Below are positions 11,008 to 20,818 of a stretch of 64,000 nt of DNA, one piece after another; the stretch's first letter is position 1, and each line of letters opens with the position of its first letter. A model generated the notes under the pieces. The model searched no databases, was not told where the DNA came from, and worked only from the letters and a program-made list of their open reading frames with translations. The stretch spans positions 1,152,001-1,216,000 of the forward strand of contig OZ244651.1 of NCBI GenBank assembly GCA_965218695.1, read 5' to 3'. A program made the position numbers and the translations under genes. The DNA comes from Nitrosopumilus sp. (GTDB taxonomy: Archaea; Thermoproteota; Nitrososphaeria; Nitrososphaerales; Nitrosopumilaceae).

Positions 11008-11226
11008 ATGGACAGGCGCAAGACGATGGGTGTTGTCATATTTGTCCTGTGCATAGGGGGATTCTTTCTGTATGCCTACCTGCTGATGCTCTCTGAGTGG
11101 AGCCCCATCGTGCTTCAGCTGTCGGTACTGATGATTGCAGGGGGGATACTGGGAGTGGTGGCCTGGATCGGATACGTCATGGCAACAACCAAGCCGTCGC
11201 CGGCATCCATCACCTCTGATGGCTAG
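11008..11226 (+). CDS. Small two-TM membrane protein
   Basis: Two hydrophobic helices, WIGYVMATT motif; TATA-like TTAAATA upstream. Confidence 0.7.
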   Translation: MDRRKTMGVVIFVLCIGGFFLYAYLLMLSEWSPIVLQLSVLMIAGGILGVVAWIGYVMATTKPSPASITSDG

Positions 11227-12053
11227 TCCCTGAATATCTGCGCATCCACTACTGTCTGATAGTATCTTGGACCCACGGCCCTTACAATCTTGGAGTTGCG
11301 TATCCTGGTTCTGACAGGCGCCACATCCGAGTAGTGCGCCTCTGAGAGCGGTCCTGCGTCTGATTTTCTGTCTGCGTGTATGTGGGAATAGTAGTGGATG
11401 GTGCCCCCGCTCTTGGTGGCAGCAACGGCAGACCCTAGAAACTCATCAGACCTCTCCGGAAGCAGCATCAGGGTCCTGTCTGATACCCCCCGAAGCCGGT
11501 CCCTGATGATCTCCGAGGCGTCCCCGTTGATTGACACCACGTCTCCTGCAAGCTTGTTCAACTCTATGTTTCTCCCGCACAGTTCTGAGGCGACGGGGTT
11601 GATGTCCAGGTTGTATACCGTGCATCTTTTCCTCTTTGCAGCCATTATGGAGAACATTCCGACACCCCCGAACATGTTGATGATGACCTCCCCGTCGCAT
11701 GCCAGTCCGGCTATCCTCTCCCTCTCTGTGGACAGCCTGGGGGAGAAGAACGCATTTTCCACATCCACAACAAACCTGCAGCCAAACTCCTTGTATTCGG
11801 TCTCGGTGCTGTCCGTCCCTGCAAGAATCTCCAGGTTCCTTGTGCGAAAGTCGCCGTCCACTGCCGATGACTGGTAGAAGACGCTTCTTGCAATCTTTAC
11901 CTGGCTTAGCAGGGCCTCCCCTATGATCTTCTTCTTTGGAAGTAGGGAGTCCGGGATTCTTACCACTATTATCTTCCCTATCTGGTCAAAGGCCGAGACG
12001 AACTCGCTGCTCTCTGCAGGTGTGAGCACGCCTTCCAGCGCCTTTTTCAGCAT
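11223..12053 (-). CDS. Trm5/Tyw2 (Met-10+) family SAM-dependent tRNA-modifying enzyme
   Basis: FFSPRLSTERERI, NMFGGVGMFS, DINP, IHYY. Confidence 0.9.
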   Translation of the reverse strand: MLKKALEGVLTPAESSEFVSAFDQIGKIIVVRIPDSLLPKKKIIGEALLSQVKIARSVFYQSSAVDGDFRTRNLEILAGTDSTETEYKEFGCRFVVDVENAFFSPRLSTERERIAGLACDGEVIINMFGGVGMFSIMAAKRKRCTVYNLDINPVASELCGRNIELNKLAGDVVSINGDASEIIRDRLRGVSDRTLMLLPERSDEFLGSAVAATKSGGTIHYYSHIHADRKSDAGPLSEAHYSDVAPVRTRIRNSKIVRAVGPRYYQTVVDAQIFRD

Positions 12054-12141
12054 GCGGGTCAATTCCTGTAGCCTTTCATGCACGCCATATTTTATTGGTA
12101 GTGCGGCCTGGCATCACGAATCCGTGTTTGATGGTTTGTTC

Positions 12142-13134
12142 TCAGGAAGAATTATCCCCATCCATCCACTGGCTGAGCGATCCGCTATGGGGATCGGCTG
12201 ACTTTTTTACACTCCCTGACCGGCCGTCAAGTTCTCTTATGTTGGCGTAGGATCTCTTGATAAACCACGGCCATTCCCGTCCTGACCTTTTCCATGCGGC
12301 AAGCCATTCTTTTGTCCTATCGTCTGATGGTGCGCCGGATCCTATGGCGATGCCGTCAATGACAAACCCGTCATTAATCCCTGCCATTATCCTCTCCCTC
12401 TCCCTCCTTGCCAGCGCCGATGCGAGTCTGGCCTCAAGAAACCTCTCGTCTGCCTTGTGCGTGACTATTATCTCTGCCCCGTCCCTTTGCAGGCTGTCAA
12501 GATACCCCTTGAGTTCGCGCCCTATCTGGTAGTCATCAACGACTATGCTTGCCCTGTCCGGTGTTATCCCCTGCATAAGGCGTGTAATGATCCTCTTGTA
12601 TGCGGCATCCATGAGCCTGTTTATGTTGTATTTGTCAATCTTTTCCGGGGAGATCCTTTCAATGTCCGAGCGTAGCCCCCTGCAATCCAGGCTGCCTGCC
12701 TTGGAAGATATTCCGTCCCAGTACCCGTACGTCTTGCGGGATTTTGTGTCTGCCATCCCCGCAATGTTGTCGACCTCCCCGTACAGGCCTGACGGAAAAC
12801 GTACGCCGCACAGCACCTCGTCTCCGGCAACCTCTCCTTTTCCGGTCTCGTCCACGCCTATGAGGATGTCCCTGCCCGTACTCTCAAACTTGGACTTGCA
12901 GCACCTGCCAATCTCATCTCTCAGCTCCAGAATCTCCCTGCTGCCTGCCATGCTGTTGTTGTACAGGGTTCCTGTCCTGTACATGGTAAATACCGCCTTG
13001 CCAACCCGCATGCGCCACATCTCTGTATCTGACTTGATGGTCTCATCCTCGACTCCCCCATGCGACCTGACAATATCCCTGACCTCCTCTGAGCGTCCGT
13101 TACCTACAGTCCACTTTTGTCCGCCGTCTGGCAT
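12142..13134 (-). CDS. Type 2 RNase H with N-terminal TBP-like extension (RNase HIII-like)
   Basis: IGVDETGKGE, ADTK, VVDDY, HKADERF..ASALAR, GSGAPSD; N-terminal WRMRVGKAVFTMYRTGTL resembles the RNase HIII N-domain. Confidence 0.75.
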   Translation of the reverse strand: MPDGGQKWTVGNGRSEEVRDIVRSHGGVEDETIKSDTEMWRMRVGKAVFTMYRTGTLYNNSMAGSREILELRDEIGRCCKSKFESTGRDILIGVDETGKGEVAGDEVLCGVRFPSGLYGEVDNIAGMADTKSRKTYGYWDGISSKAGSLDCRGLRSDIERISPEKIDKYNINRLMDAAYKRIITRLMQGITPDRASIVVDDYQIGRELKGYLDSLQRDGAEIIVTHKADERFLEARLASALARRERERIMAGINDGFVIDGIAIGSGAPSDDRTKEWLAAWKRSGREWPWFIKRSYANIRELDGRSGSVKKSADPHSGSLSQWMDGDNSS

Positions 13135-13279
13135 TGTAACCGTACGGGAACGCGATTAAATAAATTAACAATCCTGCGTGTCCGCATTCTGCAATTTACT
13201 GCCTTGGCTTTGCAAGTTCAGGAAGCGTCTCCCAAAACCTTTCAGACCGGTACATGACATTTCTACTAGGAATCGTACC

Positions 13280-13708
13280 CTAATCGGATCTGCAGTCAGC
13301 ACAATATCCAGTCATCTCAAAACTGCCCCTTACAATCCTGTACCCTGACTTGCGTGCTATCTTTGCCCGAATCTTTTTGATTGACTTCTCGTCGATATCG
13401 TCAATCCTGCCGCACCTCATGCATACCAGATTGACGTGATCCTCGGTGTGTGCGTCAAATCTTGCCTTGCCGCCCACGCCAATCTCGCTTACAAGACTCT
13501 TTTCCTTTAGCATCTCAAGGGTCTTGTATACTGTCGAGAGGCCGATCATCGGGTATCTCCTCTTGACTGCCCTGTGGATGGAGTCTGCGCTGGGATGCTT
13601 GTCTGTCTTGAGAATGTGCTCCACTATTGCAACCCTCTGAGGAGTTATCCTGAACCCGTCCTCCCTTAGCAGCTTCACGACGTCCCCTAGCCTCTGCATG
13701 ATATTCAT
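13280..13708 (-). CDS. Fur/PerR-family transcriptional regulator
   Basis: RITPQR, HPSAD, STVYKTL, HVNLVCMRCG, GYCADC. Confidence 0.95.
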   Translation of the reverse strand: MNIMQRLGDVVKLLREDGFRITPQRVAIVEHILKTDKHPSADSIHRAVKRRYPMIGLSTVYKTLEMLKEKSLVSEIGVGGKARFDAHTEDHVNLVCMRCGRIDDIDEKSIKKIRAKIARKSGYRIVRGSFEMTGYCADCRSD

Positions 13709-13718
13709 GGCCGCTTGT

Positions 13719-13812
13719 GTTATATAACGCTTATTCTTAATAGGTATAATTCCTTATTAATAATGATTCTGTATTAGGAATAACAATTAAATATGAATGA
13801 TTCCTAATAACT
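13719..13812. promoter_or_regulatory. Divergent fur/dps promoter with candidate Fur/PerR boxes
   Basis: Very AT-rich; palindrome GTTATATAAC (13719-13728); inverted repeat TATTAGGAAT (13772) / ATTCCTAATA (13800); repeated AATGATTC cores. Confidence 0.6.
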
Positions 13813-13814
13813 GT

Positions 13815-14291
13815 ATGAAGCATACCGACATTGACATATCCGAACAGAACCGCAAGGGCGTTGCAGGAATACTCGTGCCGGTTCTTTGCGACGAGTACGT
13901 CCTGTACACCAAGACTCGAAACTATCACTGGAACGTTACGGGCCCTCATTTTGCAGAGTACCACAAGGTCTTTGAGGAACAGTACGGCCAGCTCTCCGAT
14001 GACATAGACGAGATTGCCGAAAGAATCAGGTCCCTGGGACTCAAGACACCGGCCACCCTGGCCGAATTTCAGCAAAATTCCCAGATAAAAGAACACCCCG
14101 AGACGTACCCCAAGGCCTCAGTCATGGTCTCAAACCTGCTGAAGGACCATGAGACTATCATCCGGGCTCTGAGGAAAAACATTCCACGAATCGGCGGCAC
14201 ATACGCTGACGCCGGCACAGAGGACTTTCTTGTAGGCCTCATGGAAAAGCATGAGAAGACTGCCTGGATGCTACGATCCGTACTGGATTGA
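13815..14291 (+). CDS. dps: Dps family ferritin-like protein
   Basis: KTRNYHWNVTGPHF, DEIAERIRSLG, HEKTAWML. Confidence 0.96.
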   Translation: MKHTDIDISEQNRKGVAGILVPVLCDEYVLYTKTRNYHWNVTGPHFAEYHKVFEEQYGQLSDDIDEIAERIRSLGLKTPATLAEFQQNSQIKEHPETYPKASVMVSNLLKDHETIIRALRKNIPRIGGTYADAGTEDFLVGLMEKHEKTAWMLRSVLD

Positions 14292-14454
14292 CAGAGGCAG
14301 GCCCTGCCACACACCCCTTCATTTTATGTCCAAATTGGCGTCGTATCTGAATTTGATGGCGTCGCATTCCATCATGACTCGTGATGAACAATGGCAGTAA
14401 AATAACCTGCGTCGTTTTGAATACATATATGCAGTTTCCAGTCATGTGCCCATT

Positions 14455-16905
14455 ATGGAATGGATGAGATCCGGTGATGGCAGCCCCCATCGCAAAAAGG
14501 GCGATGCCCTTGCGGAGCTCAGCGCCTACTCCCAGGCAATAAAATACTACACCCGGGCAATCAAGGCGAATCCGTCCGATTATGCCTCGTGCAACAACAA
14601 GGGCGCATGCCTTGCGTTGCTTCAAAGATATGAGGAGGCAATTGAATGCTTTGATGCTGCGATAAGGATAGACCCTAACACCATTGATCCTCACCGCAAC
14701 AAGGGATATGCCTTTATGTCTATTGAAAGATACCGAGAGGCCGTAGAGTACTTTGATGCGGCACTGCAGATAAATCCCAACGATGCAAACGCCACCCGGT
14801 TCCGGAAAGAGTGTACACTGTTCCTTGAGGGGTTGGAACAAGGCAGTTCTGCAGATGGCAGATATGGCTCCTCCGTGCCCTACATGGACACAGGCATCCC
14901 TGATGAGATGCCGTCTGAGCGTAATGTAGAACAATTCCTGCAAAGAGGAAAGCACTTTGCATCACTTGAAGTGCACGAGGAGGCCATGCGGTGTTATGAT
15001 GCAGCAGCAAGGATTAATCCGGGGGACGGCCGCATCGCATATTCCAAGGGACTGTCTCTCATGTCCACTGGGAAGCACAGGCAGGCAATATCGTGCTTTG
15101 AGGAGGCGATCCGTCTGGATCCGGACTGTCGCGCCTATGCGCACTATTACAAGGGACGCACCCTTGAGTTGTCCAAGGATTACGGGCAGGCAATAGAATC
15201 CTTTGATGAGGTAATCCGCCTGGATTCTGGCCGTCTCGATGCTCACCTGAGAAAGGGATGCTGCCTTGAATGCCTTGAAAGATCCAAAGAGGCAGCATCC
15301 TGCTACGACGAGATGATACGCCTGGACGCTGAAAATCCCGAACACCACAGTCTCAAAGGGGGCGCCCTTTTATCCCTCAAGGAATACCGGCATGCAATAG
15401 AATGCTTTGATGGCGCGATACGCCTGAATTCAAAGAACGTCTGGGCGCACTATTCCAAAGGACACGCGTTTTTCATGCTTTATGAGTACCGGCAGGCAAT
15501 CCCATGTTTTGACAAGGCGATTCAGATTGGCTCGGCCCCGGAATCTGCATACCGTGAAAAGGGACTCTCCCATGCGTCTCTTGACGAGAACAAGGATGCG
15601 CTCCGGTGCTATGACGCTGCCATCCTTCTCCACCCTGGTGCTAGCTGGCCATACTATGAAAAGGGAAACGTCCTTGCACACTCTGAAGATCACAAACAGG
15701 CAATCCGGCACTATGACGCTGCAATAATGCTGGAACCGGGCTATTCTGCGCCTTACCAGCAAAAGGGACGCTCCCTTGCATTCCTTGGAATGCACAGGCA
15801 GGCAATCCCATGTTTTGACAAGGCAATAAGACTCTGCCCTGATCTTCCCATGCCGTACTATTACAAGGGATGTTCCCTTGCGGAACTGGACTCCCATGAG
15901 GATGCCATACGGTGCTTCAACAAGGCACAAAGACTGAATCTTGACTTTCCTGACCTGGATTTTATGAAAGGGTGCTCCCTTGCAGAGACTGACAGCCACA
16001 AAAAGGCCATACGGTGCTTTGATGCGGTAATAAGCAAGATGCCCGATCACATCGACGCACACTGCTTCCGGGGAAAATCTCTGGCATTGGTTGGCGCCTT
16101 TGAAGAGGCAATCGTCTCATGTGACCATGCAATAGATCTGGATCCTGATGCCACTATGGCGCATTACGAGAAGGCATATGCCCACTGGAAACTTGGAGAC
16201 CATGAGCAGGCAATCGTCTCATATGACCGGGCAATAGATCTGGATCCTGACTTTTCTGACGCATACTCCGAAGAGGCAGACGTCCTTGCGGAACTTGGCA
16301 GGTATCAGCAGGGAGCCGAGTTGTGCACCAAGGCAATAGCGATAGATCCTGTCTCTTCTGAGATGTACGTCAAAAAGGCCGCATTCCTTGCAAGACTTGG
16401 TAACATAGGGCAGGCAATCGCGTGCATCGACGTCGCACTTGACGTGGATCCCGGCGATGCCCAGCTGCATGTTATCAAGGGATCCTACCTCCAAATGCTC
16501 TCCAATCATGAGGCGGCCGCGACATCCTATGACCTTGCAATAGACCTGGATCCTGGTGATCCCTACACGCACTACCTCAAGGGAACGTGTCTTTTGGAAA
16601 TCAAGATGCCCTTGAAGGCACTGGGGTGTTTTGACGCTGCGCTGAAACTGGATCCGGATCTTCTCAATGTACACAATATCCGGGGCATCACGCTTGAACT
16701 GCTCGGAAGGCATCAGGGGGCACTGGGGTGTTTTGACGCTGCGCTGAAACTGGCTCCGGATGATGCCAATATACACCACAGCAAGGGCCATACCCTTGAA
16801 TCCCTTGGGAGACATAAGCAGGCACAGGAGTGCTTTGATACGGCATTGGAACTGGATCCAAGCTTTGAACATGCTTCGTGCTACCACGACCATTCCGGCA
16901 GGTAA
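14455..16905 (+). CDS. Long tetratricopeptide-repeat protein
   Basis: Roughly 20 34-aa TPR units (A..C.D.AI.L.P....KG..L); start codon uncertain (14446-14464). Confidence 0.92.
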   Translation: MEWMRSGDGSPHRKKGDALAELSAYSQAIKYYTRAIKANPSDYASCNNKGACLALLQRYEEAIECFDAAIRIDPNTIDPHRNKGYAFMSIERYREAVEYFDAALQINPNDANATRFRKECTLFLEGLEQGSSADGRYGSSVPYMDTGIPDEMPSERNVEQFLQRGKHFASLEVHEEAMRCYDAAARINPGDGRIAYSKGLSLMSTGKHRQAISCFEEAIRLDPDCRAYAHYYKGRTLELSKDYGQAIESFDEVIRLDSGRLDAHLRKGCCLECLERSKEAASCYDEMIRLDAENPEHHSLKGGALLSLKEYRHAIECFDGAIRLNSKNVWAHYSKGHAFFMLYEYRQAIPCFDKAIQIGSAPESAYREKGLSHASLDENKDALRCYDAAILLHPGASWPYYEKGNVLAHSEDHKQAIRHYDAAIMLEPGYSAPYQQKGRSLAFLGMHRQAIPCFDKAIRLCPDLPMPYYYKGCSLAELDSHEDAIRCFNKAQRLNLDFPDLDFMKGCSLAETDSHKKAIRCFDAVISKMPDHIDAHCFRGKSLALVGAFEEAIVSCDHAIDLDPDATMAHYEKAYAHWKLGDHEQAIVSYDRAIDLDPDFSDAYSEEADVLAELGRYQQGAELCTKAIAIDPVSSEMYVKKAAFLARLGNIGQAIACIDVALDVDPGDAQLHVIKGSYLQMLSNHEAAATSYDLAIDLDPGDPYTHYLKGTCLLEIKMPLKALGCFDAALKLDPDLLNVHNIRGITLELLGRHQGALGCFDAALKLAPDDANIHHSKGHTLESLGRHKQAQECFDTALELDPSFEHASCYHDHSGR

Positions 16906-16909
16906 TGCC

Positions 16910-16978
16910 TGCCTGCAGGGGTTCGGCGCATGACAAACTATCATGTTCTCATGCGCCGCTGATGCAACCTGTCAGGCA
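16910..16978. other. Long imperfect hairpin between convergent TPR genes
   Basis: TGCCTG-CAGG..CGGCGCATGA pairs with TCATGCGCCG..CCTG-CAGGCA. Confidence 0.45.
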
Positions 16979-17375
16979 CAACGGCACAATTTTTCAGGCA
17001 ATGTACCAATTGGCTGAATTTAACTTCAAAATCCCGATCAGTTACTGCCGAATGCAACGTTTTATTCATTTGATGCCGGAAATTTTTGCAACAAGGCACG
17101 TTTACTATCCCTTCAGGCGTGGTTTCAAGCTGAACAACTGGTACCTGTATGCAACCCAAATGGAAAAGTGAGCAAAACAATATGTTCAGCACTACGCAGC
17201 ATAGTCGTCCGGTTCTAGGCTGTTTGCCTTGTCAAAGGATTTGGCCGCCACGCCACGCTCCATTTTCCTCCAACTCCGCCCTGCTGGCGTATGCAATTTC
17301 ATTGTCAGGATCCAGCTCTAGGACCCTATCGAAACACTCTACTGCCTCATTATTCCTTCCCAGTTCCATCAGCGA

Positions 17376-18920
17376 GTATGAATTCACCTGTCCTTCCTGT
17401 CACAAAAAAATGATCATACTGATCCATATGCTGGCAATACACATCACTTTACATGGTAAATTCACGGCACATGAGCAGGGACCAGCTAAAAGAGGAACTC
17501 CTAGCACGGAACCGGGAGATTGCCACCCTCAAATCCGATCTTGAGAAGGCACTTGGCAGGATAGAACGTCTTGAAAGGGCCTTGGGGTACAGCGAACGCC
17601 TCATGACATACTATACAAACCCCAACACGCCGCCCTCATCTGAATCCCTGGAATGGAAGGCCCAGAAGAGGGAGCGGGCAAAAAAACAGGAAAAGGAGGG
17701 CAAATCCAAGCGCGGGGGAAGAAAGGGACACGCGGGGGCGTCGCGCCCCCACGACCCGGAAAGGACCGTATCCCACAGGTTCGGGCGCAGGAAGTCGGGC
17801 AGGAGGCGGGTGCCGGTGCTCCCGGAATGCGGGTGCGGCGGCGGCGGCGGCCGGATGGCGATTGGCAGTCCGCGCGTGCGGGACATCACGGACATCAGGG
17901 TGACTGCGTGCGAGACGCGGCACCGCGTGGAGACTGCAGTATGCGGCTCATGCGGCCGCAGGGAAGATGCTCCAAACGACCTGCCGCGGCGGGGCAACTT
18001 CGGCAAGGGCATGGTCGGACTCGTCTCAGAACTGCGCGCGGCACGGGTGCCGCTCAAGGGAATCTCGGTCGCGGTGCGCTCCATAACGGGCATTATGCTT
18101 GCAGGATCCACCGTCAACAACATCATGGCACGCGTCGGGGACGCCTCGGGCCACGAGGCAGGCAGGATCCTCGGGGAAGTGGAGGCTTCTGACTGTGCCG
18201 GGTTTGACGAAACCAGCTGGCGAAACGACGGCCAGAAGGTACACGCAAACGTGGCACAGTCGGGCAAAAACATCGCAATAAACATCAGCCAGAGCAGGGC
18301 CACGCTCATGCTCGATGCCATGGACAAATTTGACGGGGTGGCGATAACTGACGGGTACACCGGATATGACAGGTTTGACAAGGACGGCATGCACCAGTCG
18401 TGCTGGGCGCACGACCTCCGGCAGACAAGGCACCTGGCAGAAAAATACTGCGCCGTGCCTCCCGAGACCAAACGTGTCCGGCGGCGGCAGCAGCAGCTCC
18501 ACGAGGACCACAAGTGGGTGTTTGAGAGGGCAAAACTGCTGGCCGCGCAGGAGGCGCGCTCGCCACAGCTGCGGCATACGATGAACCGCACCATGCAGGA
18601 CGTGCTTGACCGGTACCGCGATGCCGGTGGTGGTGGTAACGATGACGACATGCAAAAGGTGCTGGACAAGCTCGAGAGGCACCTGCACCGCATGTTTGCG
18701 TTCCTGGAGCATCCCGGCGTCGAGCCTACAAACAACGCCAGCGAGAGGGCGCTGCGCTACCTGGTGGTGTTCCGCAAGATAAGCGGGCAGACCAAGGGCG
18801 GCTCCAAGGCCATGAAGCGCCTTGCAGATTTTGTCACGTGCGTCCTCACGTGGAGGGCACATGGCAAGAGCGTGGCCGAAGAAGTTGGTCGACTGATATA
18901 AGGGGCAGGTGAATTCATAC
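17376..18920 (+). mobile_element. IS66-family element (single ORF), type A
   Basis: IRs GTATGAATTCACCTG / CAGGTGAATTCATAC; 8-bp TSD ATCAGCGA at 17368-17375 and 18921-18928. Confidence 0.95.
17453..18901 (+). CDS. IS66-family transposase
   Basis: Coiled coil, NPNTPPSS, Zn finger, [27 protein letters not shown]. Confidence 0.93.
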   Translation: MVNSRHMSRDQLKEELLARNREIATLKSDLEKALGRIERLERALGYSERLMTYYTNPNTPPSSESLEWKAQKRERAKKQEKEGKSKRGGRKGHAGASRPHDPERTVSHRFGRRKSGRRRVPVLPECGCGGGGGRMAIGSPRVRDITDIRVTACETRHRVETAVCGSCGRREDAPNDLPRRGNFGKGMVGLVSELRAARVPLKGISVAVRSITGIMLAGSTVNNIMARVGDASGHEAGRILGEVEASDCAGFDETSWRNDGQKVHANVAQSGKNIAINISQSRATLMLDAMDKFDGVAITDGYTGYDRFDKDGMHQSCWAHDLRQTRHLAEKYCAVPPETKRVRRRQQQLHEDHKWVFERAKLLAAQEARSPQLRHTMNRTMQDVLDRYRDAGGGGNDDDMQKVLDKLERHLHRMFAFLEHPGVEPTNNASERALRYLVVFRKISGQTKGGSKAMKRLADFVTCVLTWRAHGKSVAEEVGRLI

Positions 18921-19321
18921 ATCAGCGACATGCCCCTGTTAAAATACCTGGCCCATCCATCTGGATCCAGCCTTATTGCCTCGTCAAAACACCTGATTGC
19001 ACTATCATGGTCCTCAACCTCGCTGAGCAGCGCTCCCTTGTTGAGGTGTGTTATGGATTCGGCCGGGGCTATCTCTATTGCCCTGTTGGCACATCTGAGT
19101 GCTCTGTCGTACTGCCCATTCCGACACAATATGGGAACGCTGTTTACATACGCAGTATAATTTCTAGGATTACGTTTTATCTCCCTCTCAAAACACTTGG
19201 CCGCCTTGCTATATTCTCCCCTGTCGGCCAGCTCCATGCCCTTCCTTACGTCAGGCGTATACTCTTTGTTTCTCAATTTCTCATACTTGCATGCGTGTTC
19301 TATATTTGTAATGCTGTCAGT

Positions 19322-20629
19322 CAGATAACCCAGATGTGACGCATACAGACAAACTTTCAATGCAAACAGATCAATAAGGTACACGCCCCAGACGACCTTA
19401 ATGCATCACCAAAAAAGTCGCCTGGGACGCGACATGATGAACAATTCTAGGACTATCAAAGTATTGTAGACGAGACTGACAAGATTACGTCCTGCGTCAA
19501 GATCTCCAAGAGATACAACGCAGTTTATGGATCCGGCGACTTTCACGATATGGCGATGCGGGCGGCATTGGACAATTCCTACATATCAGGATCCGCGTCT
19601 GCCGTGCGGCGGGAGGCATCATCAGACTGCGGCCCCGCAAGGTCGGCGCACCGCATTCCCACAGACGAGTGGTACAGGAACATCCTTTCTATGATGGATG
19701 ACGGCGAGGTATCCGAATGCGTCGGAGACGCCATATCATCACAGATTGACAGGCTGCGCCGTATGGGAAAGACGCCTCCGGACGGCATGACCATTGCCAT
19801 TGACGCGCACTTGATACCATGCTATTGCAAGGACCACGGAGTCGAGCAGATACGCTCAAGATCCAAGCAGGGGACGGATCGTTTCATCAGGTACGTCACG
19901 GCGCAATGCGTGGATCGGGGCGCCCGCCTGACGCTTGCCGCCATACACATGCCCGCACTCGAATCCATGTCGGATTTCGTGCGTAAACTCGTCGATTTGG
20001 CCAGGCAGGCAGGCGCGAACATCAAGCTGGTGCTGCTGGACAGAGAATTCTTTGCCACCGACGTAATGAGGACGCTTGACGGCATGGGCGTCGGATACCT
20101 CGTGCCAAGCAGGAATACTGACACGGTAGTCAACGCCCTTGATGAATTTGCAGCAGGCAGGCGCGGTGCCGTGTCCGAACTGGACATAACAAACTCCGAC
20201 GGTGCCTCCTTTACGTACACGATACTCATCATGGAACGAAGAGAGCGAAAAAAGGATTCCAAGGATGAGTCCAAAAACAGGTACATTGGATTTGCCACCA
20301 ACATGCCAGACATTGACGTGGCCGTGTACGATCAGAGGTGGGGGATAGAAACCGGCTACAAGATGCTAGAGGCGATGAGGCCCAGGACGCGCAGCCAAAA
20401 CATCGCTGCAAGGAATTTTTGTTTTCTGTACTCTGTGGTGATATTCAATGCATGGGTGCTGGCAAACGCGATGCTTGCAAGCTGCCCGGCAGGAATGGGT
20501 CAGAAGGGCACTGCAATCACCCAGACCCATTTCAAATTCATGATAGAAAGCATGCTTCTTTTGCTAAGCATTATACCGCCCGAACCGCCGCCAGATCCTG
20601 TCGCGCCGTGAGCACATCTGGGTTATCTG
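19322..20629 (+). mobile_element. ISH3/IS4-like element
   Basis: Perfect 17-bp IRs CAGATAACCCAGATGTG / CACATCTGGGTTATCTG; GTCAGT duplicated at 19316-19321 and 20630-20635. Confidence 0.9.
19550..20611 (+). CDS. ISH3-like DDE transposase (N-terminus possibly cut by in-frame TAG at ~19448)
   Basis: IAIDAH, LLDREFF, FATN, YDQRWGIETGY. Confidence 0.85.
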   Translation: MAMRAALDNSYISGSASAVRREASSDCGPARSAHRIPTDEWYRNILSMMDDGEVSECVGDAISSQIDRLRRMGKTPPDGMTIAIDAHLIPCYCKDHGVEQIRSRSKQGTDRFIRYVTAQCVDRGARLTLAAIHMPALESMSDFVRKLVDLARQAGANIKLVLLDREFFATDVMRTLDGMGVGYLVPSRNTDTVVNALDEFAAGRRGAVSELDITNSDGASFTYTILIMERRERKKDSKDESKNRYIGFATNMPDIDVAVYDQRWGIETGYKMLEAMRPRTRSQNIAARNFCFLYSVVIFNAWVLANAMLASCPAGMGQKGTAITQTHFKFMIESMLLLLSIIPPEPPPDPVAP

Positions 20630-20818
20630 GTCAGTCGACCCATTTGCAGAATTGCATGATGGCCAAAAATACCCCTCTTGATGTTCATCGCATGAGCCTC
20701 TTGTGGCCGACTGTTTTGACAGGTATGCTATTGCCATGATGTGGCCTGTTCCGGGCATGGTCATGATCAATTGTGCCCTGATTTCCCGAGGCTCGTTCTG
20801 CACAAGAGATGCCGTAAA

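Larger units (their letters stand above)
17232..19276 (-). pseudogene. TPR protein interrupted by IS66 element
   Basis: Removing 17376-18928 restores ...YFNRGMSLM-ELGRNNEAVECFDRVLELDPDNEIAY...GQIL*. Confidence 0.85.

Noticed and set aside
18026-19384. 452-aa ORF as a novel TPR fusion
   Set aside because: Read-through from the broken TPR gene into the antisense strand of the IS66.
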